Assembly (NCBI GenBank): GCA_021818675.1 | Contig: JAKATR010000099.1 | Span: forward strand, 1-59,532 | DNA length: 59,532 nt | Reading direction: 5' to 3' | Source: Thermoplasmata archaeon | GTDB lineage: Archaea; Thermoplasmatota; Thermoplasmata; Thermoplasmatales; Thermoplasmataceae | In this document: positions 1-8,572 of the stretch, one piece after another | Layout: every line of letters begins with the position of its first letter | Numbering within the stretch: position 1 is the first letter of the stretch | Translations under genes and position numbers: made by a program | The notes under the pieces: generated by a model | The model's database searches: none | Told to the model about the DNA's origin: nothing | Seen by the model: the letters and a program-made list of their open reading frames with translations, nothing else

Positions 1-19
1 TCAGAAGTCATTACCATTA

Positions 20-1240
20 ATGAAGAGCGAAGTTAAGGCATTGATCTTCACTTCAATAGGACACTTTGCCAATGATGGTACATTCCTTCTTTTCTCCGCG
101 CTCATAGTTTTTTATTCTAATATAGGGATTCCTGTATATTTCACAGGTTCATTGGCCATAGTTTACACACTTCTCAGTGGTATTTTTGCCCTTTATGTTG
201 GAAAACTTTCTGATAAATTTAACAAGGACCCTGAATTAATGTCAATTGGTATTCTAATAATGGGAATAGCAGTAGCACTTCTAGCACTTCCCTTCTATTC
301 ATCATATGGAGAATATTATACTGTTACCTTGGGGTCACTTATTCTGGGAATAGGTCAGGCATTCTATCATCCCATCGGGGCAAATATAATCAGATTTTCA
401 AAGCCCGGTAGAGATATGTCAGATTTTCTTGGAATTAATGGATCCTTTGGAAGCCTTGGGAGAAGTCTCCTAATATTAGTATTTGGAGCATTTGTTCTTT
501 CAACCGGTGATTTCACAGGTACCTTGCTTTATGCCTTTATATTCATAGTACTTTCTGGAATAATTTATTCCGGAACATATAAGATAAGAAAACCGGAAAG
601 AAAATCGAATAAACAAAATCAATCCATGAAGCACGAATTAACCAATAATACAGGGGTATGGGGATTCATAGCTGTTCTGACAGCTTCATTCTTCCTGCGT
701 TCAATGTTTCTCGGGAGTGTTTCAGTATACATCTTCTCGTATCTGGATCAGATCGATGCAAACAGCAGTGCTTTGTCATTTATATTTCTGGGAGTTAGTC
801 TTATGACACCTGTGTTAGGACAACCATTTTTTGGATATCTCACGCGTAAGAAAGGAGGTTTTCTAACAGTAATTTTGACCGGGATAATTTCTTTTGTAAT
901 GTTCGCCGGCTTTTTAGCCACAAATATGTATTACATTGATCTTATATTTTATTCAATTTATGCCTTTGCAGCCTACACTGGTTTCCCTACTTTGCTCGGG
1001 TTTATAGGCCAGAAGGTACCTGTTTCTGTGTCTGCCCGTGCAAATACTATTGCGTGGGGGCTTGGAAACACTATTGGAAGCAGCGCCGGTCTTGGTATTT
1101 TTCTGCTCTTCTACAAAGTACTGAATCAGAGCCTCCACACAGTATTTATTGAAATTTCACTATTCCTCCTTGCATCCATAATAGTTGCATTGTTCATACC
1201 TGTGTATTCTAAAAAAATCATTCACGAAACAGAAACTTGA
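20..1240 (+). CDS. MFS-type membrane transporter (substrate unknown)
   Basis: 406-aa ORF that is almost entirely hydrophobic. It has roughly 6+6 helices separated by a basic central loop (KIRKPERKSNKQNQSMKHE), the major-facilitator layout. Confidence 0.65.
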   Translation: MKSEVKALIFTSIGHFANDGTFLLFSALIVFYSNIGIPVYFTGSLAIVYTLLSGIFALYVGKLSDKFNKDPELMSIGILIMGIAVALLALPFYSSYGEYYTVTLGSLILGIGQAFYHPIGANIIRFSKPGRDMSDFLGINGSFGSLGRSLLILVFGAFVLSTGDFTGTLLYAFIFIVLSGIIYSGTYKIRKPERKSNKQNQSMKHELTNNTGVWGFIAVLTASFFLRSMFLGSVSVYIFSYLDQIDANSSALSFIFLGVSLMTPVLGQPFFGYLTRKKGGFLTVILTGIISFVMFAGFLATNMYYIDLIFYSIYAFAAYTGFPTLLGFIGQKVPVSVSARANTIAWGLGNTIGSSAGLGIFLLFYKVLNQSLHTVFIEISLFLLASIIVALFIPVYSKKIIHETET

Positions 1241-1288
1241 AATCTATTTAACTATGTTAATTGAGTATATTGAAAGGAGGCAAAGATA

Positions 1289-2113
1289 TTGACTGAATTC
1301 AGAGATGCTCTGGGTAATATAACGCAGATTAATGATAAACTGGAAAGAATTGTTTCACTTTCACCATCAGTAACAGAAACTCTATTTGAATATGGTCTTG
1401 GAAACAAAATTGTAGGGGTTAGTGCATTTTGCAAGAGACCTGCAGAAACCGATAATATAAGGAAAGTGGGAAGTTATGGAACTGCAAGGATAGAAGTTCT
1501 TGATGAAATTAAGCCTGATATAGTTATGATGATGAGTGGTTATGCGGAACCTCTCTACAAAAAAATCAGGGAACGTTATAACACTTTTTTGTTCAAACTC
1601 CCAACAACGGTCTTTGGCATATTTGAGTTGATAAAAGAAGTAGGTATTGTAACCTCAAGTCAGGATAAAGCTAAGGAGCTTGAATATGACATGTTAAAAG
1701 GACTGAATAAGATTAAAAGGTATACCCTGAAGGGTTATCTGGAAATTGATCTTGGAGGACCGGTGACCTTTGGTTCTCAAAGCTATATCACCGATTCTCT
1801 CACTCTGTTTGGCCTGCGTTTACCATATGAAATGAGGCAACGCGAGTGGATGGTCCCCAATGACCAGGAAATTGTGGAATTTGATCCAGATATCCTCATC
1901 TATGAAGGCAAAATGTATCGTGGATCCAATAAAGAAGAGGCGGGGAAACTCTTTACGGATAGAGGGTATGGCAATTCAAGCTTCATGAGAAACAACAACA
2001 TTTTCATCACCCCGGGAAAACTTGATTTCTTTGCTCATCACGGTCCGAGCTTTTTCAGAGAAGTTATTCCATGGTTACGAGATACCCTTGATAGTGTATC
2101 CTTACTTAGATGA
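1289..2113 (+). CDS. Periplasmic-binding-protein (BtuF/FecB, class III SBP) domain protein without an obvious signal peptide
   Basis: The N-terminal block ERIVSLSPSVTETLFEYGLGNKIVGVSAFC is the typical cobalamin/siderophore SBP signature. TTG start at 1289 is preceded by GGAGG at 1276-1280. No hydrophobic leader is present. Confidence 0.6.
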   Translation: MTEFRDALGNITQINDKLERIVSLSPSVTETLFEYGLGNKIVGVSAFCKRPAETDNIRKVGSYGTARIEVLDEIKPDIVMMMSGYAEPLYKKIRERYNTFLFKLPTTVFGIFELIKEVGIVTSSQDKAKELEYDMLKGLNKIKRYTLKGYLEIDLGGPVTFGSQSYITDSLTLFGLRLPYEMRQREWMVPNDQEIVEFDPDILIYEGKMYRGSNKEEAGKLFTDRGYGNSSFMRNNNIFITPGKLDFFAHHGPSFFREVIPWLRDTLDSVSLLR

Positions 2114-2182
2114 GACATAAAGTTAATTGCAGGAATAATCACGAAACAATTTAATTGAAAGAATTTTGCAATCAGATAAGCA

Positions 2183-2190
2183 TTTATATA
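2183..2190 (+). promoter_or_regulatory. TATA-like box (TTTATATA) upstream of the SSB gene
   Basis: TTTATATA lies about 50 nt upstream of the ATG at 2237 in an otherwise ORF-free gap. Confidence 0.3.
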
Positions 2191-2236
2191 ACCACGACAT
2201 ATCTGAATTGTCTTTTTAGACAGGAAAAGTAACCAA

Positions 2237-2737
2237 ATGGAAGGAACAACCAAGATTAAGGACCTTAATCCTTATTCCAGAAGGGTAAACGTTTTGGGTA
2301 AGGTAGTAGAAGTTGGACAGCCAAAAGAAATAACAACCAGATTCGGAGAAGGAAAATCTGTAACTGAAGTCGTCATCGGCGACGAAACAGGAAAGATCAC
2401 ACTTTCTCTTTGGGGAGATCAGGTAAGCAAAGTCGAGAGTGGAAAGATCCTTTATATTGATAATGGATATATTTCTCTCGTCAGAGGCCATATGAGACTA
2501 AATGTCGGAAAATATGGAAATCTCAACGACTCTGAGGAAGCTATCGAAGAACTCAACACTGAGTTGGACATGAGCGAAAAGGTTCACGAGAGCAATTACA
2601 GAAGAAGTGGACCAGGTAGTGGAAGCAGCGGAGGCTTCAGAAGAGGCGGAAGCGGTGGCGGAAGCTACAGAAGAGGCGGCTTCAACCAGAACTCTGGAAA
2701 CAGAGACAATGGCGATAATGAAGATAGAGAATTCTAA
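2237..2737 (+). CDS. ssb: Single-OB-fold ssDNA-binding protein with glycine/arginine-rich (RGG) and acidic C-terminal tail
   Basis: The N-terminal ~110 aa look like an OB fold (VNVLGKVVEV...TEVVIGDETGKITLSLWGDQ...GHMRLNVGKYG). The tail is GPGSGSSGGFRRGGSGGGSYRRGGFNQNSGNRDNGDNEDREF. Confidence 0.75.
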   Translation: MEGTTKIKDLNPYSRRVNVLGKVVEVGQPKEITTRFGEGKSVTEVVIGDETGKITLSLWGDQVSKVESGKILYIDNGYISLVRGHMRLNVGKYGNLNDSEEAIEELNTELDMSEKVHESNYRRSGPGSGSSGGFRRGGSGGGSYRRGGFNQNSGNRDNGDNEDREF

Positions 2738-2749
2738 ATTTAACCAAAT

Positions 2750-4582
2750 TCACAAACTCTTTTTTTGATTTTTATAAATTTCTAAGATTTCTATATTATT
2801 TGTTGCGTTTTCAGGTTTTTTATCATCTCTCCATCTCCCGGTAAATCTGGGAAAACGAAGTGCCAATCCTTTTCCAATAGCATCTTTATTGCAGGTATGA
2901 ATTGGGCTGACTGTTATTTCTGCACCTTTAACCTCCATAACCTTATCAGGATAAATCCACACATCGGGAATTAATAGAGAATCAACATTGTTAGGTCTTT
3001 CCGGGACAACTGACTCAGAGAAAATTCTTGGCAAATTGAAGAGAACGTCATCTGTAAAACCTGTACCCAATTTACAGAATGTTTCAAATATCCCCTTTTC
3101 CTGATTAAATGTAGCCAGAAGAAGTGCACCATAGGTTTTCGCTCTCCTGCCATGTCCCCAGAAGGCACCCACCACTGCAAGGTCGAAAGTATCATTGATC
3201 ATGGACTGATAATCCCTCTTGTATTTGATCCAGTTCCATCCGCGAGCTCCAGCCCTGTAGATCGATTTTTCATCAAGGCTCTTGGCAACTATACCCTCGC
3301 AGCCGTCCTCGATTGATAATTCAAAAAACGCTTCTAATTCAGCAGGATCGGATGATTCAATTCTCTGGGCAAGCTTTATCTTATCATTTTCCTTTATTGT
3401 TTTCTGTAAAATTTTCCTCCTTTGGGAATATCCTTTTCGGGAAAGGTCCTGTCCATTCAGGTATACTATATCAAAAAGAAACAGAGTGATGGGTATCTCA
3501 TCCTCAATGGTTTTATCATCAACTATTTGGATTTCATTTCCTTCCTCAGAAATTACCTCAAACTTCATGATATTGAGGTTTCTGGAAGAAGTGGAAAGGT
3601 CATTCTTGCGCCCCCGTCTTCTTGATATCTCCTGAAAGGGAAAAATTTCCCCTGTAACTGGATTGTATGGAACCATTTCACCATCAAGAATACCATCCTT
3701 TATGTTGCCCTGACTCTTAACGGCTTCCACAACATCTGGAAATTGACCTGTAGTTTCTTCATTGCCCCTTGAAAATATTTTTACCATTCCATCCATGATA
3801 TGAACCTGTGCACGCAAACCATCGTATTTGTATTCAAATGCTACTTTACCTCCCATTTTCTCCAGGATCGAAGGTATACTCTGCAGTCTTTCTGCCAGCA
3901 TTACTTTGAATGGAATCATGGGTCTTGGCCCAAAATTTTTGATCTCTTCCCGATCGTTTTTCAAAAGGAGTTCAGAAATGCCTGCCAGGTCTGGATTGAA
4001 ATTATAATAACTTTCCACCTCCTGAGAAATATCTTCAAAATGAAAGGCGTCTATGAGACCCATGAGTATTGTGGAATCTGCAACTCCTAACCTCAGCTTC
4101 CCTAATGCAATTCTCACAATGTACTTTGCCTCAACTGCAGACCCGGATAAAATCAAATTTTTCATCAGATCTCGTTTCATTTTTGTACTGTCCTGACCGC
4201 TCTTTTCACTCATCAACTTAAGGGTATTAAAGACCTTTTCCACCGTAAGATCGTCTTTGAATAGCAGTACCTGTTTATTGGAATTCATAAGCTCCTGCGT
4301 TAATGATCCAATATCACCAACCTTCCCCAGTCTCCTTAGAATTCCATCAGGATCGCTCCCTGAGATATCAGATAAAATCTCGATTATTGTCTTGTCTGCT
4401 ATGCCTGTTTCTTTTCCCTCATAATCTGGTGCAATTTTACCCTGAATAAGATAAATTACTCTCTTTAAGTCAGTTCCAGATTCAATAAATAACGACGATA
4501 ATATTTGCTTTAGTTCCAGCCTTTTGGAGGTATCGGTCATCCGAGTCAAATAATCTGAAAATCTTGAAAATAACAATGCCAT
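2750..4582 (-). CDS. lig: ATP-dependent DNA ligase
   Basis: 610 aa. Adenylation motif I is EYKYDGLRAQVH (KxDG), motif III is ILDGEMV and motif IV is LFLFDIVYLNG. The C-terminal OB region carries LRFPRFTGRWRDDK, typical of archaeal/eukaryal ligases. Confidence 0.95.
   Translation of the reverse strand: MALLFSRFSDYLTRMTDTSKRLELKQILSSLFIESGTDLKRVIYLIQGKIAPDYEGKETGIADKTIIEILSDISGSDPDGILRRLGKVGDIGSLTQELMNSNKQVLLFKDDLTVEKVFNTLKLMSEKSGQDSTKMKRDLMKNLILSGSAVEAKYIVRIALGKLRLGVADSTILMGLIDAFHFEDISQEVESYYNFNPDLAGISELLLKNDREEIKNFGPRPMIPFKVMLAERLQSIPSILEKMGGKVAFEYKYDGLRAQVHIMDGMVKIFSRGNEETTGQFPDVVEAVKSQGNIKDGILDGEMVPYNPVTGEIFPFQEISRRRGRKNDLSTSSRNLNIMKFEVISEEGNEIQIVDDKTIEDEIPITLFLFDIVYLNGQDLSRKGYSQRRKILQKTIKENDKIKLAQRIESSDPAELEAFFELSIEDGCEGIVAKSLDEKSIYRAGARGWNWIKYKRDYQSMINDTFDLAVVGAFWGHGRRAKTYGALLLATFNQEKGIFETFCKLGTGFTDDVLFNLPRIFSESVVPERPNNVDSLLIPDVWIYPDKVMEVKGAEITVSPIHTCNKDAIGKGLALRFPRFTGRWRDDKKPENATNNIEILEIYKNQKKSL
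2760..2774 (+). terminator. T-rich tract downstream of ssb (possible archaeal oligo-T terminator)
   Basis: TTTTTTTGATTTTTA begins 23 nt after the ssb stop. It overlaps the last codons of the convergent ligase gene. Confidence 0.3.
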
Positions 4583-4614
4583 GCTATTATATTAAATGCT
4601 TTAAATTTTCTTTT

Positions 4615-4800
4615 TTATTCTTCTTCTGAATTATTTAACTCTCCTTCCTCAGGCATATTTTCTAAAATCCACCTGCGATGGTTCTTTATCCATTTCGGAT
4701 GCTCCTTTAGCCAAATGAAAATTGAAAAGCCTTTGGCACTCATGATCCTTTTAGGAGGCTCCTCAAAATCATATCCATCATCATCCAGTTCATAGGTCAT
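4615..4800 (-). CDS. Small acidic hypothetical protein (about 61 aa)
   Basis: The ORF track starts at 4833, but the internal ATG at 4800 has GAGGAG 9 nt upstream and an ATATATATTA box further up. No recognisable domain. Confidence 0.4.
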   Translation of the reverse strand: MTYELDDDGYDFEEPPKRIMSAKGFSIFIWLKEHPKWIKNHRRWILENMPEEGELNNSEEE

Positions 4801-4870
4801 AAATTTGTCTCCTCTCTTAATATATATGAACAAGGAACTTTAAGACCTTTACTTTTTTTTGACATTTAAT

Positions 4871-5803
4871 TCATATGGAATATTTTCCAGGAACCTTTGG
4901 AAATGGAGTAACCATTTCTATCTTTGGAAAACCGCATAAGTATCTGACAAGTCTTTCAATACCTATTCCAAAACCGGCAGATGGGAGCAAACCTCTCGAA
5001 GCCGCTTCAATGAACCACTTAAACTGGTCAGGGCTTTGACCCTTTAAGGAAACTCTCTGAAGAATCTTATTTATCTCAAATTCTCTTTCTCCACCTGAAA
5101 TTGCTTCACCGAAACCCTCCGGATAAATAAGATCCATATCAAGAAGATAACCTGCATTGTTTGGATCTTCTCTATCATAAAATTCTCTTTCATTGATTGG
5201 TATGTCTATTATCCAGAATGGATCACTCATTTTGGCTGATAACACGTTTTCAAAGTTTTTACCATATTTGCCCAAGGCATCTTTATACTTTATCCTCAAA
5301 AATGGCTTTCTGGGAATGTTTAATGTTCGTTTCAATGAAAGGAGCTCGTGGTAATTTTTTTCTTCAACTTCTGCTACGATCCCTGAAATCATATCTTCGG
5401 CAAGAGAAATCATATCATCTCTTGTGGCCCTCAAACATTCAATATCTATCTGCGTAAATTCTGAAAGGTGCCTTCCGGTGGATGCTTTATCTGCGGTTTC
5501 CAGCCTCACATTCGGCGAGAATGTAAAAATTTTATCCAGATGCTGTACTGCAATCTGCTTGTGAAAAATCATACTCTTTGTAATGGAATATTTTCTGCCA
5601 TAATATTCGAAGGTTGTATCAAATACCGGATGATTCAGTGGATCTGTTGCCGTTGAATAAATTACAGGTGGAATTTCCAGATATCCAATGCTTCGCAAAA
5701 ACGTTGAAAAATAGCTTCTGACCGTTCCATTTATCTTTAATGCCGCGCGTAGAGTCTCTTTACCTAATGGTTCAATTGTCTCTTTAATAATTAATTCCTC
5801 CAT
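4871..5803 (-). CDS. AsnRS-like class II aaRS catalytic core without anticodon-binding domain (archaeal asparagine synthetase A type)
   Basis: 310 aa. Motif-2-like RLETADKASTGRHLSEFTQIDIE and motif 3 GFGIGIERLVRYL are present. The N-terminal OB domain seen in the full AsnRS at 16209 is absent. Confidence 0.7.
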   Translation of the reverse strand: MEELIIKETIEPLGKETLRAALKINGTVRSYFSTFLRSIGYLEIPPVIYSTATDPLNHPVFDTTFEYYGRKYSITKSMIFHKQIAVQHLDKIFTFSPNVRLETADKASTGRHLSEFTQIDIECLRATRDDMISLAEDMISGIVAEVEEKNYHELLSLKRTLNIPRKPFLRIKYKDALGKYGKNFENVLSAKMSDPFWIIDIPINEREFYDREDPNNAGYLLDMDLIYPEGFGEAISGGEREFEINKILQRVSLKGQSPDQFKWFIEAASRGLLPSAGFGIGIERLVRYLCGFPKIEMVTPFPKVPGKYSI

Positions 5804-5819
5804 GAACTTTGAATAAGCT

Positions 5820-5837
5820 ATTAATATTAATATTAAT
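5820..5837 (-). promoter_or_regulatory. AT-rich (ATTAAT)x3 tract, probable TATA region of the AsnRS-like gene
   Basis: Three tandem ATTAAT units lie 17-34 nt upstream of the start at 5803. Confidence 0.35.
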
Positions 5838-5966
5838 TTGAATAATATCCGACATTCTGCTTTTATTCACAAACCAAATAGAATAATAATGTTGCTCATT
5901 TTAACTATATATGAACAAATTGTGCATTTAGGATCAATTTACTCTTTAATGAGTAGGTTTGAAGCG

Positions 5967-6455
5967 TTACATTTTCAGGCAGTCTTCATATGAAATTATC
6001 TTTTCTTTACCTGTTCTCTCTAGTATCTTATAGTGCATGCTCAGTCCTCGTGCCAGTTCTCCATCTATATCGTCTCGATCACCAACGAATATGCTCCCAA
6101 TAAGATCAACATCATTGTCTGCCATTGCCTTTTTTATCATTCCATCCTTTGGCTTTCTGCAGTTACAATTGTCCTCAGGCCTATGCGGACAGAAATAGAA
6201 TTTATCAACCTCTGCGTTAAACTTCTTTAAACATGCATTTAAAGAATCATTAAACTTTATAACATCTTCTTCAACGAATAATTTTCTCCCAATTCCTGAT
6301 TGATTACTGATGACTATAATTAAAAAACCAAATTTTTTATAATTTCTAATCAAATCGATGGCGTCTTTGTATATTCTAATCTGTTCAGGTTTACTGCAAT
6401 ATGGACAATCAACATTTATCGTTCCATCCCTGTCAATGAATAGGGCCTTGTTCAT
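5967..6455 (-). CDS. HAD-IIIA phosphatase, GmhB (heptose bisphosphate phosphatase)/histidinol-phosphatase-like
   Basis: N-terminal FIDRDGTIN (DxDGT nucleophile motif). A Zn-finger-like CPYC...CPHRPEDNCNCRKP arrangement and a GDRDDID motif are typical of GmhB-type HAD enzymes. Confidence 0.75.
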   Translation of the reverse strand: MNKALFIDRDGTINVDCPYCSKPEQIRIYKDAIDLIRNYKKFGFLIIVISNQSGIGRKLFVEEDVIKFNDSLNACLKKFNAEVDKFYFCPHRPEDNCNCRKPKDGMIKKAMADNDVDLIGSIFVGDRDDIDGELARGLSMHYKILERTGKEKIISYEDCLKM

Positions 6456-6581
6456 TGAATATGATTTCCTGAGTATATTTAATGATGTTTAACAGTTAGA
6501 AATTACTCATTATTGATAAATACCTTTAAATTCAATTAAATATATCAATAAATATTTATACTATAAAAATAATGACTGAAG

Positions 6582-7172
6582 ATGGAGTTTTTCAAACGTG
6601 ATATTAGAATTGTTGCGTACCTGTTATTCATTGCAGTTGCTCAGTTTATAGTTTTTTTGAATATAGCCGGGTTTCTTGCGCCAAACTATTCAATTCATTC
6701 AAACACTATAAGCCATCTTGGAGTTCCCGCTTATACACCTTACTGGTGGATGTTCTCGGCAACCATAATCATTCTGGGTTTATTACTCATATTGTCAGGA
6801 TTAATGCTGAAAGAATATTCTTTTCCATTAATGATTTTTCTAATACTTTCCGGGATTGGGTCTGCAGGTGTGGGTATTGTTAATGAGAATTATATAGGAA
6901 CCTTGCATCTCATTTTTGCGTTATTTGCATTCCTATTTTCATCTCTTGCATCATATGCGATCCTCTATAGAAATAAGAATCTGATATCAGCATTCTGGGC
7001 CTTTCTGGGAACCATTGGGCTGATTGCCTTAATTCTGTTCATAGGCAAGATACATCTGGGTCTAGGAGAAGGGGGTATGGAAAGGCTTATTGTTATTCCT
7101 AATCTAATTTGGGCTTTAGGCTTCTCAATGTATCTCCTTGGATCAGCTCATAATGGCAAAAATTCAAATTAG
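6582..7172 (+). CDS. Multi-pass membrane protein (DUF998-like)
   Basis: 196 aa with about six hydrophobic helices. The family assignment is from overall look only. Confidence 0.45.
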   Translation: MEFFKRDIRIVAYLLFIAVAQFIVFLNIAGFLAPNYSIHSNTISHLGVPAYTPYWWMFSATIIILGLLLILSGLMLKEYSFPLMIFLILSGIGSAGVGIVNENYIGTLHLIFALFAFLFSSLASYAILYRNKNLISAFWAFLGTIGLIALILFIGKIHLGLGEGGMERLIVIPNLIWALGFSMYLLGSAHNGKNSN

Positions 7173-7187
7173 ATATAAATATTGGAA

Positions 7188-8522
7188 TCAGAATAGTTTT
7201 AATTCTGGTCCATATTCAAATTCATTAACATTTTTCCAAATATTATTTGAAAAAGTTGAGCCAATTTGACCCTCAACCAAAAACCCATTTTGTTGAAGTG
7301 ATTTCATCACCAGGTATGAAAAATATGGGGCTCCAGTGGCACCAGGGGAATTATAGTTCAATATGTGGATTGATGTGTCTGTTTTTGCTACTATCGTTTC
7401 GGGAATAAATCCGTTTTTATCAATGAGAGAACCACGTATTCCAGAGAATCCCCTTGTTCTGGCTCTTCTATAATCCATTCCTGGAATGAATGAGTTGATC
7501 CGCTGAATCATTTTTCTCTGGCTTATAGATGATTCCCATTCGGTCATTGCAAGATTCAGGAATTGAGAATTAAAGAAAAGGCTGACCTTGGGTAAAAGAG
7601 GTCTTTTGAACAATGGTGAGATCTCGAAATTCCGTAATGTTCCCTCGCGATAAGAATATGGCCCGCCAACAGGTACTGCATTTGGACCTATTTCCAGCGA
7701 CCCGTCGGGCCTGAGAATTAAATGCGGGTCCAGAAAAGGAAATTCGGGGTTGTCTGCAACAGAATATATATTGTGCTCCACAAATCCTTTTAGATCGTCA
7801 TCGAGCTTCCAGTATTCTCCCCTGAAATACAGAATGGATAAATCCTTATGAATTCCAACCTGATGAGCTAAATCTATGGATCTGTTGCCTGCAGCATTAA
7901 TGATAAGATCATAATTTATCTTGTCGGGTTGTTTAGAACCATTTACTGAATATTCAATAAACTGTTTTTGATCATAAATGTGTTCAACTCGTGTGTTAAA
8001 CAGATAAGTAACGCCATTCTTTCTGTTTATCTCACATATTTTTCCGGAAATGGCACCATAATCTGTAGAAGTATCGGTCTTTGACAGGATGCCCCCCGGG
8101 GCAGAAACCTTTCTTTCAAGTTTCTTGACTTCCTCCCTGTTAAGGAGGGCCATATCCTTTTCATCTATTCCATTTTGAATTGCCCATTTCGAATACTTCT
8201 CCAATGTTTTTACCTGCAGTTCAGTTTTAGCCACTTCCAGAGTACCGACTTCATTCCATGGCATGTTGAAATTGTGGGCAAACGATTTCCATAAATGATA
8301 GGATATGGATGCTGATTTTGCCAGAACGGCTTTTTTTTCAGGGTTCATATAAAAGGGCCTGTGAATCATGCCCGTGTTTCTTGAAGTAGTGTGAAGAGAA
8401 GTGTCTGCCTCCTTCTCAATAACAGTAACATTGATTTTTGGAATTCCGGAAAGCCAGTATGCAAGCGTGTTTCCTAATATGCCACTCCCTACGATCAAAA
8501 CTCTTTTTTTATTATCCACCAA
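7188..8522 (-). CDS. FAD-dependent oxidoreductase (L-2-hydroxyglutarate oxidase/dehydrogenase-like)
   Basis: N-terminal Rossmann motif VLIVGSGILGNTLAYWL is followed by VIEKE...HTTSRNTGMIH, as in LhgO/DAO-family flavoproteins. Confidence 0.65.
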   Translation of the reverse strand: MVDNKKRVLIVGSGILGNTLAYWLSGIPKINVTVIEKEADTSLHTTSRNTGMIHRPFYMNPEKKAVLAKSASISYHLWKSFAHNFNMPWNEVGTLEVAKTELQVKTLEKYSKWAIQNGIDEKDMALLNREEVKKLERKVSAPGGILSKTDTSTDYGAISGKICEINRKNGVTYLFNTRVEHIYDQKQFIEYSVNGSKQPDKINYDLIINAAGNRSIDLAHQVGIHKDLSILYFRGEYWKLDDDLKGFVEHNIYSVADNPEFPFLDPHLILRPDGSLEIGPNAVPVGGPYSYREGTLRNFEISPLFKRPLLPKVSLFFNSQFLNLAMTEWESSISQRKMIQRINSFIPGMDYRRARTRGFSGIRGSLIDKNGFIPETIVAKTDTSIHILNYNSPGATGAPYFSYLVMKSLQQNGFLVEGQIGSTFSNNIWKNVNEFEYGPELKLF

Positions 8523-8572
8523 ATTTCACCAGAAATCATTTAATTTATGGATAAAATGAATGAATATTAAAT

